NCBI GenBank assembly: GCA_964632485.1
Contig: CAZWDO010000004.1
Span: 124,001 to 188,000 of the forward strand
DNA from: an uncultured bacterium
Lineage (GTDB): Bacteria; JAGOEH01
Reading direction: 5' to 3'
DNA: 64,000 nucleotides
Part shown: piece after piece, positions 29,693-40,645 of the stretch
Position numbering within the stretch: the first letter of the stretch is position 1
How the letters are laid out: each line of letters opens with the position of its first letter
Position numbers and translations under genes: made by a program
The notes under the pieces: model-generated
Database searches by the model: none
The model's input: only the letters and a program-made list of their open reading frames with translations
What the model was told of the DNA's origin: nothing

Positions 29693-30691
29693 GAAGGTTT
29701 GTGGATCCAGAGGCTCAATCTCCTGCCATTTGTGAATATCCATTTCCTTAAATGAAAGTAATTGAAGAAGATCATTCTTTTGATTATCATCGATAATAAC
29801 CAGATGTTTAAAATCAAACAGAGTTCCCAAGGCAAGCATTAGATCAATTGTTGTAAAAAAGAGATCGCTGAGGGCGGCAATTGCAATTTGAGCATAAATA
29901 GGAAGTTGAGATAAGGCAATTGTATTCTTAATCTGGTGGGTGAATGACGAAGTAATTTTAGACTGGTTACAGATAATAACAAAAAAAGCATTAGTCTCTT
30001 CACTAAACCGTTTAAAATACTCGATCATCGTGCTGAAAGCAGGTTTATAACTTGTAATTGGCTGAGTTAAGTTTATAAAGATTAATGGCTGTTGGGTTTG
30101 GTAACCGTTTTCAAGAAGAAATTGGGTTGCCTCCAGCAAAACGGTTCGTGAGGGATGTGTATGAACGGTTTTGAAGGTTAAACGGTTGTAATACATAGCA
30201 TTCAATCTATATTGAAGTAGTGCTGCGGGATGGGAATAATTAGAAGGATCAAATTGATAAGAAACATTATAGGTTGGATTGGCAGCATCAGCAAAAATTG
30301 AAATTTTAAAATCTGAAAAAATATTTTGAGCAAAAAAATTTGATATAAGTGAATTCGTATGATCGAAATTAAAGAAAAGAGTAGGTGACTTGAGATCAGT
30401 ATACAAGTTAAAATCAAATTTTAGATGATTTGGCGCATCTGAATTATAATATAATGGCTCATAAAACTGTCGAAATATAAAATGTAAGGGCTTATGAGAT
30501 ATGTGTTGAAAAATAATAAATTTTGATTTTGGATAAAATGCGCGCAGCGCATTGAAAGAGGGTAAATATAAAATAGAATCCAAAATTGAAAGAGGAAAAA
30601 AAATAAAAATGGTTTGGTTGTCCAGAAAAAAATTTGAAAAGGAAAATTTGTGTGGTAAAGTGGAATTGGTAAAATTGGATTGAAGAATCAT
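29672..30691 (-). CDS. Divergent glycosyltransferase family 9 (heptosyltransferase-like) protein
   Basis: N-terminus ILDSILYLPSFNALRAFYPKSKF resembles the GT9 start; AALSDLFFT resembles the C-terminal GT9 segment. Confidence 0.5.
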   Translation of the reverse strand: MILQSNFTNSTLPHKFSFSNFFLDNQTIFIFFPLSILDSILYLPSFNALRAFYPKSKFIIFQHISHKPLHFIFRQFYEPLYYNSDAPNHLKFDFNLYTDLKSPTLFFNFDHTNSLISNFFAQNIFSDFKISIFADAANPTYNVSYQFDPSNYSHPAALLQYRLNAMYYNRLTFKTVHTHPSRTVLLEATQFLLENGYQTQQPLIFINLTQPITSYKPAFSTMIEYFKRFSEETNAFFVIICNQSKITSSFTHQIKNTIALSQLPIYAQIAIAALSDLFFTTIDLMLALGTLFDFKHLVIIDDNQKNDLLQLLSFKEMDIHKWQEIEPLDPQTFLNRVKN

Positions 30692-31572
30692 TCAGGATGC
30701 ACCATTTCTAATAATCTTCGATATTCATTATCCGGATAGTGAGAAATAATTGATTGAAATTGAAATGAATCAATAAATCCCATACGATAAGCAATTTCCT
30801 CAGGGGCGCCAATGAGTATCTCTTGTATTTTTTCCTGAAGATAAATAAATTGACGGACCAATTCAATTGATTCTTTTGTTCCAGTATCAAACCAGGAAAT
30901 CGCGCGTCTTAATTTTACTGCCTTTAGTTCTTGCGTTTCCATGTAGGACCGATTTAAATCGGTAATTTCCAGCTCACCACGAGCGGACGGTTTTAATTTG
31001 GCGGCTCGTTCGATAACAGTTGAGTCGTAAACATATAATCCAGTAACTGCCCAATGAGAAATAAAGTTCTGTGGTTTTTCAACCAATGCGATCGGTAAAT
31101 CCTGCGAATTAAACTGAACAACCCCAAACCGCTCAGGATTAACGATGTGTTTAGCATAAATCAGCGCTCCAGATTCAAAACTTTGGATAGATTGAAGAAA
31201 ATCTACAGGCCCAAAAAAAATATTATCCCCTAAAATTAGTGTGACAGGTTCGTTAGCAATAAATTCTTCCGATGATGTAAAGTTATTTTGTTTGGGTATG
31301 AGAAAAGCTTGAGCCAATCCCCCGGGATGACTTTGTACCGTATAGTGAAGATTGATTCCCCATTGGGGAGAATTGGCAAGGCAATGTTGATAGAGATCAA
31401 TGTGCTCTGGAGAAGAAATAATAAGAATATCACGGATTCCGGCCATCAACAAAAGGGTTAATGGGTAATAAATCATGGGTTTACCGCCAATATCCAATAA
31501 TTGTTTGGATATAATACGAGTTGCAGGATAAAGACGTGTACCCGAACCTCCGGCTAATATGATTCCTTTCAT
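30688..31572 (-). CDS. rfbA: Glucose-1-phosphate thymidylyltransferase
   Basis: KGIILAGGSGTRLYP, KPMIYYPL, LILGDNIF, EKP, SARGELEITD, WFDTGT. Confidence 0.93.
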   Translation of the reverse strand: MKGIILAGGSGTRLYPATRIISKQLLDIGGKPMIYYPLTLLLMAGIRDILIISSPEHIDLYQHCLANSPQWGINLHYTVQSHPGGLAQAFLIPKQNNFTSSEEFIANEPVTLILGDNIFFGPVDFLQSIQSFESGALIYAKHIVNPERFGVVQFNSQDLPIALVEKPQNFISHWAVTGLYVYDSTVIERAAKLKPSARGELEITDLNRSYMETQELKAVKLRRAISWFDTGTKESIELVRQFIYLQEKIQEILIGAPEEIAYRMGFIDSFQFQSIISHYPDNEYRRLLEMVHPE

Positions 31573-33149
31573 AAGTGATCCTTTTCATTTCTGGATTGGT
31601 AGAGTTGTGAAAAAATATCAAAAAAAGGAGTTAAATAATTCCGCCATTCATGGGGAATAAAATCAAAATTTGAACCCCGATCAATTATCTCCCAAAAATC
31701 TTCTTGTATAGTATCGAGTTCCTGGCAGATAGCCTGGATGCGGCTGTATGGCTCATCCATCATGTCTTTAGCGATTAGTTGAGCTTTTGCCTGGTTATTG
31801 ATGGATAAATAAAAGGTGCCCAATTTAATTTGCGCTTTGCGAACACCCCTGAGTGACTTATCTTCCTCTCCGCTTTCCTGGGGCTGATCAATGGTTAAAA
31901 AAAGTGTGAGCAAATCATCGCATAGTGGTGAATTCAATCGTTCAGCTTCAACACAGATGTCTGAAAAGTCGTGGGCAGCGGTTTCCAAAATAAAACCAAT
32001 TTTCTGCTGATAAAATAGAATGCCATAGTATTTGAAGTATTTTGCAATTTCCTTGACATAATAGGCTTTGGTAGTTGACAATAAGTAGACAGCTAATTTT
32101 TTATACTGAAAAAAAAGATTGTAGGGAGTGCGTATGTCTCTAGAATTAAAGCTATTACGTAAAAGTGTGTTGAAGTATTTAATACAAAGGTGAATCGTGT
32201 AGGGGTCTTCACATTCAACTGCTTTTTCGGCGATAAACCGTAAAGACATTGCAATCATATAATTTACATCTCTATTTTGAGTGACGCATCGATGAAAAAG
32301 AATATTGTAGTGTTTAAAAACCTTATTTTCTAAAATGATTCGTTGGGTAATAATTTTCTGTCGATTTGACTCTGAAAGAGCAATAAAGTCTGTTTTCTGA
32401 GCTTCATAAGGCGAAATCTGGAAAAAATAATCAGGTAATTTATGCTTAATGGTTAAGAAATATAGGACCATCTCCTTCAGAGCGGATATACATTGAATGC
32501 CGAGGGATGTATCACTGCTTTCAATCGAATTTAAAGCAATATCATTAATTTGTTCAATAGCGAGCATAGTTTGTTTTTTTATATTATCGATCTGGCTTTT
32601 GGAACAATTGGAGGAATTAGCTAAAGAAGAGAGCTGATGTATTGAGATTTGACGGATTTTATTGATTACACTCTCAGGTTTAAGGAATTGAAAAATATAG
32701 CCGAAATAAGGGATAATTACAATAAAGCCCAACGTTAGTCCGATCGTGTTCAGCAATGCAGAACATGAAAGATTAAGTCCGTAACCGGCAAAAAAATAAA
32801 GCCAGAGGGAATGAATATTCAAAATTATAAAAAAGCTGATTATCGAAAAATTGATTCGATCGGCAATAAATAAATCAATAATGCGGCTACTGTATCGAGT
32901 AGCCGCCAATTCAACAATAATAGCAACGACGGTAATAATTATCGCCAGTACTGCTGCAATCACTTCATTAGATGAAGAAAGCGCAGAGAGGATTTGGTCG
33001 GCATTTTGGCTAAAAATAGTAAAATGAAGAGAATTTTGGCTTAAGTAGTAATCAATTATAAACGTAAAAAATGAAAAAAAAGCGGTTATTAACGTAATGA
33101 TAATTAAAGGAGTTAACCAGGTCGCCAGAAAAGATGACTCTTTATTCAT
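31569..33149 (-). CDS. DUF2254-like membrane protein
   Basis: Four N-terminal TM segments with IVELAATRYSSR, followed by a helical domain. Confidence 0.65.
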   Translation of the reverse strand: MNKESSFLATWLTPLIIITLITAFFSFFTFIIDYYLSQNSLHFTIFSQNADQILSALSSSNEVIAAVLAIIITVVAIIVELAATRYSSRIIDLFIADRINFSIISFFIILNIHSLWLYFFAGYGLNLSCSALLNTIGLTLGFIVIIPYFGYIFQFLKPESVINKIRQISIHQLSSLANSSNCSKSQIDNIKKQTMLAIEQINDIALNSIESSDTSLGIQCISALKEMVLYFLTIKHKLPDYFFQISPYEAQKTDFIALSESNRQKIITQRIILENKVFKHYNILFHRCVTQNRDVNYMIAMSLRFIAEKAVECEDPYTIHLCIKYFNTLLRNSFNSRDIRTPYNLFFQYKKLAVYLLSTTKAYYVKEIAKYFKYYGILFYQQKIGFILETAAHDFSDICVEAERLNSPLCDDLLTLFLTIDQPQESGEEDKSLRGVRKAQIKLGTFYLSINNQAKAQLIAKDMMDEPYSRIQAICQELDTIQEDFWEIIDRGSNFDFIPHEWRNYLTPFFDIFSQLYQSRNEKDHL

Positions 33150-34206
33150 ATAGGAGATTCAATAATTTAATAAAAAGTTGGTTCAAATCGAAGGGTTTGA
33201 GAATAGTCTGCCCGAGAGGAGTTAAGCGGTCGAAGAGGGCTGGATCAATATTGTCCGATACTAAAAAAATGAATCGTAAAGCGCTTCTTATTTTAATCGA
33301 TTGATGAATAAAATCGCTCATTTCGATGGTTATATTATCTAAATCAATCATAATGACAGATATAGAGGAGTTATCGTTAATGGCACGAAGAGCTCGTTGG
33401 AAATCGTCAAACAATAAGTATGGAAAACGCTTTATCCCGAGAAAATACGTAATCAGATGTGTGAGTTCAGTTTTATTATGGATAATCAGGACTTTCGAAG
33501 ACGATTGAGAGGAAACCATTAAGGGGGTCCAATTAGGGGATTGAGGTTTCTCGGGTGATGATTGATTAATATCCATGATCATTGTGGTATCAGTATAATT
33601 TTTTAAGACAATTTGTTTAATCTGTGAAAATTTACGAACTAATTGGGTTAATCGTTCTGTTTGAAGAGAAATTTTCTCGATAGTATCATTGAATCCATAA
33701 CGTTCACTGTAAATATCGAGTAGCATCGTAAGAGCGCAAAGCGGTTGGTTCATTTCATGAGCGACAGCGCCCCCAACCGCTAACGCAGTTTGTAGCTGTT
33801 GAGTTTGTATTTGCTGCTGTCTGATGAGAATTTGACTAATTTGACTTTTAACACGCGCTAAAAGCTCGATTTTTTTGAAAGGTTTTAATACAAAATCAAC
33901 AGCGCCAAGATCAAAGGCGCGTTTAAGAAAATCAATATCGGAATAAGCCGTTACGACAAGGACTGAAATCTGCTCAATGGATCGATTTTTGTTAAGCTCT
34001 TCCAGAACTTCAAACCCTGACAAATACGGCATGCGGATATCAAGTAATACTAGCTGGGGTTGTTCCTTTTCAATTAAAGCCAAAGTTTCTCTGCCGTCCA
34101 TCGCTTCTATGATTTCAATGGCTAATTCGGTCAGATAGGTTCTCGCGATAATACGATTGGCTGGCTCGTCATCAGCAATAAGGATTTTAGGTCGTCGTGT
34201 TTCCAT
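33142..34206 (-). CDS. Response regulator: REC, HisKA-like helix and a second REC-like domain
   Basis: ILIADDE, LLDIRMP, KPF; AHEMNQPL; C-terminal IMIDL...LKPF. Confidence 0.8.
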   Translation of the reverse strand: METRRPKILIADDEPANRIIARTYLTELAIEIIEAMDGRETLALIEKEQPQLVLLDIRMPYLSGFEVLEELNKNRSIEQISVLVVTAYSDIDFLKRAFDLGAVDFVLKPFKKIELLARVKSQISQILIRQQQIQTQQLQTALAVGGAVAHEMNQPLCALTMLLDIYSERYGFNDTIEKISLQTERLTQLVRKFSQIKQIVLKNYTDTTMIMDINQSSPEKPQSPNWTPLMVSSQSSSKVLIIHNKTELTHLITYFLGIKRFPYLLFDDFQRALRAINDNSSISVIMIDLDNITIEMSDFIHQSIKIRSALRFIFLVSDNIDPALFDRLTPLGQTILKPFDLNQLFIKLLNLLYE

Positions 34207-34488
34207 GTTAGTTACCTTATTTCAATTATACATAGATTTATTAGGAATGTCAACTTTATTTTATTTTTAGGAGTAAAAAATTTTTTACTTGAAATTTTCC
34301 TGTTTTTTAATTATCGTTAAAGATAGATGATCCTACTGCGGAATTATTGAAGTCGGTGAACCCGGTATTACTTGGTTCATGTCCTTTTGGATTTGATCCG
34401 GGACAATCGGCAAAAAAAATTTTTGAAGGATTTCATCCGTTTAATTTGATGATAAGTTAGAGTGGAATTCTAGGAAAAAGGTAAAAAT

Positions 34489-34824
34489 TTGGAAAATATT
34501 GAACCCAGCAAAATTAATGAGTTAGTCGCGTTATCTAATCAACCTGTCGTTATTGTGGATTATTGGGCAAGTTGGTGCGCTCCCTGCGGAGTCATGAATT
34601 ATGCGCTGAAACATTTAATGCAAGAAAATCAAAAGATAGTTCAAGTTTTTAAAATTGATGCTGAGAAATATCCGGAATATCTTGAAAAACAAGATATAGT
34701 CAGTTTACCGACTTTGGACTTCTATTATCATGGAAAATGGAGGGAACGGGTCGCTGGAGCGCGTAAACCAAGGGAATTAGAAGAAATTATTAACACCATT
34801 ATCCTATCAGCTCAGGGGGATTAA
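34489..34824 (+). CDS. Thioredoxin-family protein
   Basis: VDYWASWCAPC, SLPT. Confidence 0.9.
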   Translation: MENIEPSKINELVALSNQPVVIVDYWASWCAPCGVMNYALKHLMQENQKIVQVFKIDAEKYPEYLEKQDIVSLPTLDFYYHGKWRERVAGARKPRELEEIINTIILSAQGD

Positions 34825-34825
34825 A

Positions 34826-35758
34826 ATGAAAGGCTTTGTATCTAAAAAACAAACGGCCCAAGAAGGCATTTTGCTGGAAACTGGTACCAATGAGTTCGAA
34901 TTGATCGAATTTATTCTGGAAGATCATTCCTATGGAATTAATGTTGCGAAAATCAGGGAGGTGATCGAATTTCCGGAACATATTTATCCAGTGCCAAAAA
35001 CTCATCCCTGTCTGGAAGGAGTAACCAGCATCCGAAATGAAATAATTTCAATTATCAATCTTAAAAAATTTCTATCTCTTAAGGACGATGAGACAACAAA
35101 AAAGAAAAAAGTAATTATTACTGAATTTAATAATCTGAAAATGGGTTTTGTTGTTGATTTTGTGACTAGAATTTATCGATTATCCTGGGATAAGGTATCG
35201 GCGCCTGATCGAACATTGACGGGGAAAAACGCTTATATTACATCAATTGTAAAATTAGTTGATAAGATTATATTGATGCTGGATTTTGAAAAAATAGTAA
35301 TGGAAGTTAACCAATCTACTATGAATGAAGGCGATATTAGCAAAGTCCAAGTAGATTTTGATCGATCGATATTCAAGGTTCTTATTGCCGAGGATTCTGA
35401 AACAGTGAGAACAATGATGTTGAAAAATTTAGCGCAAGCAGGATATCAGGTTGTGGAATGTACTAATGGAATGGAAGCCTATGATAAAATTAAGGAATTG
35501 GGTAAAAATGTGGATTTAGTGATAACTGATATCGAAATGCCACAGATGGATGGCTATACTTTATGCCGTAAAATAAAGGAAGACAGACGGTTAAATCAAA
35601 TTCCCGTAACAATATTTTCTTCACTTATCTCACCTGATATCCGGAAAAAAGGGGAATCCGTTGGCGCCGATGCTCAAATAACTAAACCCGATTTGCATCA
35701 TTTGATTGAAATTGTTGATGAGCTTATCCGTCAATACGTGATTAAAAGGGCAAAATAA
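34826..35758 (+). CDS. cheV: Chemotaxis protein CheV (CheW + REC)
   Basis: LLETGTNEFE, YGINVAKIREVI, LDFEKI; REC with AEDS, ITDIEMPQMDG, FSSL, KP. Confidence 0.95.
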   Translation: MKGFVSKKQTAQEGILLETGTNEFELIEFILEDHSYGINVAKIREVIEFPEHIYPVPKTHPCLEGVTSIRNEIISIINLKKFLSLKDDETTKKKKVIITEFNNLKMGFVVDFVTRIYRLSWDKVSAPDRTLTGKNAYITSIVKLVDKIILMLDFEKIVMEVNQSTMNEGDISKVQVDFDRSIFKVLIAEDSETVRTMMLKNLAQAGYQVVECTNGMEAYDKIKELGKNVDLVITDIEMPQMDGYTLCRKIKEDRRLNQIPVTIFSSLISPDIRKKGESVGADAQITKPDLHHLIEIVDELIRQYVIKRAK

Positions 35759-37724
35759 ATGAAAGTTTTTAAATGGTTTTTAGCGCTTATTATAATTTGT
35801 TCATTGAGTGTTTTAACTCTAAAAATGGTTCGTTTTTCCAGCAAGCGGGCAGCGCAAGAGTTCGATCAGTTTGTATTGAATTCTATAGGTGAAGAGTTTA
35901 AGTCAATGCGCTATGATAAAATCCGGTTTGGTTTTTCCTGGGGCCCTTTTATACAACTAAAAAATGTATATCATAACTCTTTTGGTTTAATCCAGGAATT
36001 GCGGTTATATTTCCCTATCCAATCTTATTTTAGCGGTTTTAGGGCTCCGATCGGGATTAGTTTGAATGAAGCGGAATTAACCTGCAATCTTTCTAATGGG
36101 CCCTCTTCCCTCCGGGAACTATTGAAAAAAATAATGGGGACTTCTGTCCAGAAAATCATTTTGGAGAAAAGCCGGATTAAACTTTTTCTCCTGGATGAAA
36201 GCGCGGGCATAATCATCCGGATTGAGCAAATGCGCTTTCAATCCGAAACAGCATCGGGGTACTTAGAACTAAACGCCCGGACAGATAGTATATTTTGGGA
36301 AAAAGGGCAGCAACTTTCTGCATTTACACGGCAAATCTCTTTAAATCACAAATGGAGAACAGCTCCCAATAATCCTNNNNNNNNNNTATGAAACAGTCTT
36401 AATGGTTGATTCATCAGAGGTTCCTTGCGCAATTGAAGGAAATGATACGCTTTGGAAGATGAAAGCGAATCTGGCAGGACAGCAAATGCAATTGGAATTT
36501 AGTGGTGATTCAATTTCATTAAGGCTGGAAGGAAACTATCGGATTTGGGGTGACTATAAAGTGGATATAAATTACTTGGGTTCCAGCAATGCGCCATTTA
36601 ATTTAAGATTCATTTTTCATCATCTTTATGATATAAAAAAGGATTCCCTACAAGGAGAATTGGGTGGGATTTTAGAATGGGTGCACCGAAATCAACAGGA
36701 CAGTTTATCGGGTGAAATTGCGTTTAAACATTTTGGAGATAAAACTGCTAAAAAACCGTGGCAACTGAACGGCCAGTTAACTATACAAAATAATCATTTA
36801 ATGATAAATAATTTTGATCAAAGTTTAGGTGGTAGTTCTTCTAATTGGCAGGGAACGCTTTCAAATCTCAACCAGTTGGTTCGTCAAATAATCAATGGAG
36901 AGAGAAGTAGCCCTCCGGCTGTCTTAACTCTTAACGGTAAAGCCCAATTGTGGGTTTTGGACGAAATGTTGGATTGGTTCGATGCCCATCATCTGAATCC
37001 GATTCAATGTATTCATCGCTGGCCTGAATTGGAAATGGATATCAGTTTGGAACCCCTGGAATTAGCGTATCGGCAATTATATTTTTCTTTGCCGATTATT
37101 CGTGTTAATCAAAATGCCAAAAAAATTGAGTGTATGATCCAGCCAAAAAATGAAAAACTTGATTATATGATCAAATATGATCTTGATTTTAAAAATTCTG
37201 AGAAAATTTCATCTGACTTGTATTTGGTTATAAATCGGGCGGATCTTGCCAATTTGTTGGAGAGTCTCTTTAACCAGCGGTTTGGAATTCGAGGAACCGG
37301 GCGTATGAATATCACTCTCGTTTGTGAGGGAAATAGTAAGACACAACGCTACACCCAAAAAAATATCACCGGTAAAATTGAATTATATACTGGATACTTT
37401 GCTGACGATCCTCTATTTCGCCAAATTTCGAATAAAACAAGTACTGATTTTTTCAATATGTTCAATTACCGGCATGGGAATCTATCATTTAATGCAGATT
37501 TAATTCTGGATAATTGGGTGGTTTCTGATATGACGATTGTCGGGAATAGTTTTGTTTTAAAAGGGAAGATTGATATCCAGGACAATCTGTGGATTTTTGA
37601 TGGAAACCTGCGAATTCTGAATGAATTCTATAAACAATGGGAAACATTCCCGGGTTTAGAAAGAGATTCATTGTATCAGATTTTTATAGCGCCCATCAGC
37701 GTTGAATATAGACGCAATGATTGA
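35759..37724 (+). CDS. AsmA-like protein, interrupted by an assembly gap
   Basis: N-terminal anchor, beta-rich body and AsmA-like C-terminus; the sequence after the gap (36387) is open and in frame with ORF 36402-37724. Confidence 0.55.
36377..36386. other. Assembly gap (10 N)
   Basis: Run of n. Confidence 0.99.
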
Positions 37725-38619
37725 AAAAGTGGGTTATCTGATTGAGTATGGCGGTTATCGTTTAGTCTCGTTTGTTTTACGATTACCCTCATTAACAACG
37801 CATTGGGGATTGGCAAAAATATTGGCTTGGCTCAATATTCGAGTTTTTAAAATACGGACTCGTGTTGTTGAAAAAAATGTGACAGAAGCGTTTAAAAATT
37901 GGACCCATTGTCAGAGAATCGATTTTATTAAAGATTATTGGGTTCATCAAATCTTCTTCTTTCTGGACATGGCCACGACTCAAAGCTCACATTTTCCGTT
38001 ACTTAATAAACGAGTCTCCCACAAAATGGGAAGAGTTGAGTGGCCAAGGTCTGAAATAAGCTCTATGAAAGCAGCTTTCTCACAAACATTCAAAAATTCA
38101 GGTAAAGGAATATTCTTAGCGGGTCATTTTGGTAATTTTATTCTTGCGACTCGTTATGTGAATTTCAATGTATGCCCAATTGTTGGCATAGTGAAACGCC
38201 AAAAGAATTACCTTATCCATCGGCATTTTTATAAGAAATTTCAAGATGAAAAATTGCTGGTATTGGAATCCCGCAGTCATCTTAAAGATATTCTCACTTT
38301 AAATTATCCGGAACCCTATTGGATGGGAATTATGTTCGATCAGCGCGCAGGGAGGTCGGGTTTGATGATTGATCTGCTTGGAAGACCTGCCTCAACAGCT
38401 CGAGGTTGCGCGCATTTAATCAAATCATATAATTTGCCGGTTATGTTTGGCCATATGATGCTAAGGCCAGATTTGAATTATTGTATTAATTTGGTTGAAA
38501 TAAAGTTTGAATGCAATTTGGAAGAACAAGAACTGCTAAAATATTTTAACCAGATATTAGAAACCTTTATTATAAAGTTTCCGAAAGAATGGTTCTGGGT
38601 TCATAAGCGTTGGAAATAG
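37717..38619 (+). CDS. Lipid A late acyltransferase (LpxL/HtrB family)
   Basis: GHFGNF, DQR, LLGRPAST, WFWVHKRWK. Confidence 0.88.
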   Translation: MIEKVGYLIEYGGYRLVSFVLRLPSLTTHWGLAKILAWLNIRVFKIRTRVVEKNVTEAFKNWTHCQRIDFIKDYWVHQIFFFLDMATTQSSHFPLLNKRVSHKMGRVEWPRSEISSMKAAFSQTFKNSGKGIFLAGHFGNFILATRYVNFNVCPIVGIVKRQKNYLIHRHFYKKFQDEKLLVLESRSHLKDILTLNYPEPYWMGIMFDQRAGRSGLMIDLLGRPASTARGCAHLIKSYNLPVMFGHMMLRPDLNYCINLVEIKFECNLEEQELLKYFNQILETFIIKFPKEWFWVHKRWK

Positions 38620-38809
38620 GTTTTTAAAAATTGTCTGTTAAAATTTATAGAATTTTCTTGACAAATTAACTAAATAAGCATAAATTACTACTGATGATTG
38701 CTTTGTTTAAAATAGGCCTGCAAACTGAGATTTAATTAATCAGGATATCCTGCTGGAAGTTGAATTCTAACCGCTGGTTCAATTTCAGCGGAATCGAGAT
38801 GCTTTTATC

Positions 38810-40645
38810 ATGAAATTTATATTTTTTTTTCTGGCATTGTTGAGTGTCATGTTATCAAAAGGAGTAGTAGATAGCTTAACCCCACCTGATTTGACTGAAA
38901 ACAGCCAAGAGTCATTAAAAAAACTGTTGTTTTTGGCTAAAGATTGTAATAGCAGAGATTCCGACAGCGCATTATTATATGCTCACCGCGCCGTTGAAAT
39001 GGCAGTTCATCTTGGTGATATCAAGAACCGGGTGTTAGCTATTGTTGAAATTGGTCTTTTTTATGAAAATCAATCAAATACTGATCTTGGAATGAAATAC
39101 TATGATCAGGCTTTGATGTTAGTTAAAAACAAGGGCATGGATAGCTTGTCGGGTTTATTGGAGCTGCGAAGAGGCAAGCTGTTCAATATTATTGATAAAA
39201 ATGACGAAGCGGAAAAGGCTTTTCAAAAATCGATTGAGCATTATCGTGCCGTCTTGGATTCGGCTGGATTGGCGAATTCACTACGTGAACAGGGCTTGCT
39301 GTTTTGGCGTTTAAGTGAGTATGAGAAGGCAATTAAAGCGTTTGAACAGGCATTAGCCATAAATTACCAAATTGGGAATAAAGAAATGGTGGCCGCCAAT
39401 TTGAATAGTATTGGTGTTATGTATTGGCAAAGCGCTAATTATGAAAAATCATTAGAGTACTATCTGCAATCTTTGGAGATGCGACGGGAGTTGGAGGACC
39501 TCAAGGGAGAATGCCTGGTTCTTAACAATATTGGATTAGTGTATATAGCATGGGATAAAATTGAACAAGGCCGAATTTATATTTATCAAGCCTGGGAGAA
39601 AAGCCAAACACTTCAGGATGACCTATTAGTAGCGGGGTACACAACGCAAAATATGGGTTCTTTTTGGGAAATAAATGGAAATTTAGATTCGGCGTATTAT
39701 TATTATCAGCGCGCATATACTGTTTATAGTAAAGGCGTTCCCAATAATGGGGGGATTACCATGTCGATGAACTCAATTGCCAATATCCTCAATCTGATGC
39801 ATAAGTACGATCGCGCTTATGAGCTTGCAAATGAAGCTCTCGTGCTATCACGGCATGCGAACAATAAGGAACGGGAAGCCAACTCTTTGAAAAATATAGC
39901 AAATGCGTATCGAGGGAAAAAAGACTACGTTCACGCCATTGAATACTACCTGGCAAGTTCAACTCTCGCTAAAAACATCAATCAACGAAGACTTTTACAG
40001 GGAATCTTGCTGAAAATTTCTGAAACATATAAGGAAATGGAGCAATGGCAATCCGCCTTTGAATATTTTCAAAAATATGTGGATATAAAAGATAGTTTGT
40101 TCAATGAAAGTAATAGCCGGATTATGCAGGACATGCAGATCAAATATGAAATGGAGCAGAAGGAGAAGGAGAATTTTAAGCTTCGTACGCTTCAGGAACT
40201 TCAAGAGGCAGATTTGAAACGTCAACGGCTTCTGATTATGCTTGGCTTAATAATATTAGCGTTAATAATATTGTTATCAATCATTCTACTCTATATTAAC
40301 AGGGTTAAAAGTTCGGTAAATGAACAATTGACAAAAAGCAACAGCGAAGTAAGCTATCAACGGGATATACTGGCAACTAAAACTATTGCTCTTCAGGATG
40401 CCTTAAATAAAGTAAAGGTTTTAAATGGTTTATTACCAATTTGCGCGAACTGTAAAAAAATCAGAGATGATGCAGGTTATTGGAAAGAAGTGGAAACCTA
40501 TATCGGTGATCATGCGGATGTATCTTTCAGCCATGGGATTTGTCCAGATTGCATCCAAAAACTATATCCTGAATTGGAAACATTGCGTAAAAAAAATAGT
40601 GAAAAAATTCATTATTCTCCTTCAAGTGGAAAAAAAAATGATTAG
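38810..40645 (+). CDS. TPR-repeat membrane sensor with a C-terminal Cys-rich (LPICxxCKKIR) domain
   Basis: Signal peptide, multiple TPRs, [12 protein letters not shown], coiled coil, then [14 protein letters not shown]...FSHGICPDC. Confidence 0.8.
   Translation: MKFIFFFLALLSVMLSKGVVDSLTPPDLTENSQESLKKLLFLAKDCNSRDSDSALLYAHRAVEMAVHLGDIKNRVLAIVEIGLFYENQSNTDLGMKYYDQALMLVKNKGMDSLSGLLELRRGKLFNIIDKNDEAEKAFQKSIEHYRAVLDSAGLANSLREQGLLFWRLSEYEKAIKAFEQALAINYQIGNKEMVAANLNSIGVMYWQSANYEKSLEYYLQSLEMRRELEDLKGECLVLNNIGLVYIAWDKIEQGRIYIYQAWEKSQTLQDDLLVAGYTTQNMGSFWEINGNLDSAYYYYQRAYTVYSKGVPNNGGITMSMNSIANILNLMHKYDRAYELANEALVLSRHANNKEREANSLKNIANAYRGKKDYVHAIEYYLASSTLAKNINQRRLLQGILLKISETYKEMEQWQSAFEYFQKYVDIKDSLFNESNSRIMQDMQIKYEMEQKEKENFKLRTLQELQEADLKRQRLLIMLGLIILALIILLSIILLYINRVKSSVNEQLTKSNSEVSYQRDILATKTIALQDALNKVKVLNGLLPICANCKKIRDDAGYWKEVETYIGDHADVSFSHGICPDCIQKLYPELETLRKKNSEKIHYSPSSGKKND

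Noticed and set aside
36377-36401. Apparent split of the AsmA-like gene
   Set aside because: Same cause: an N gap with open flanks.
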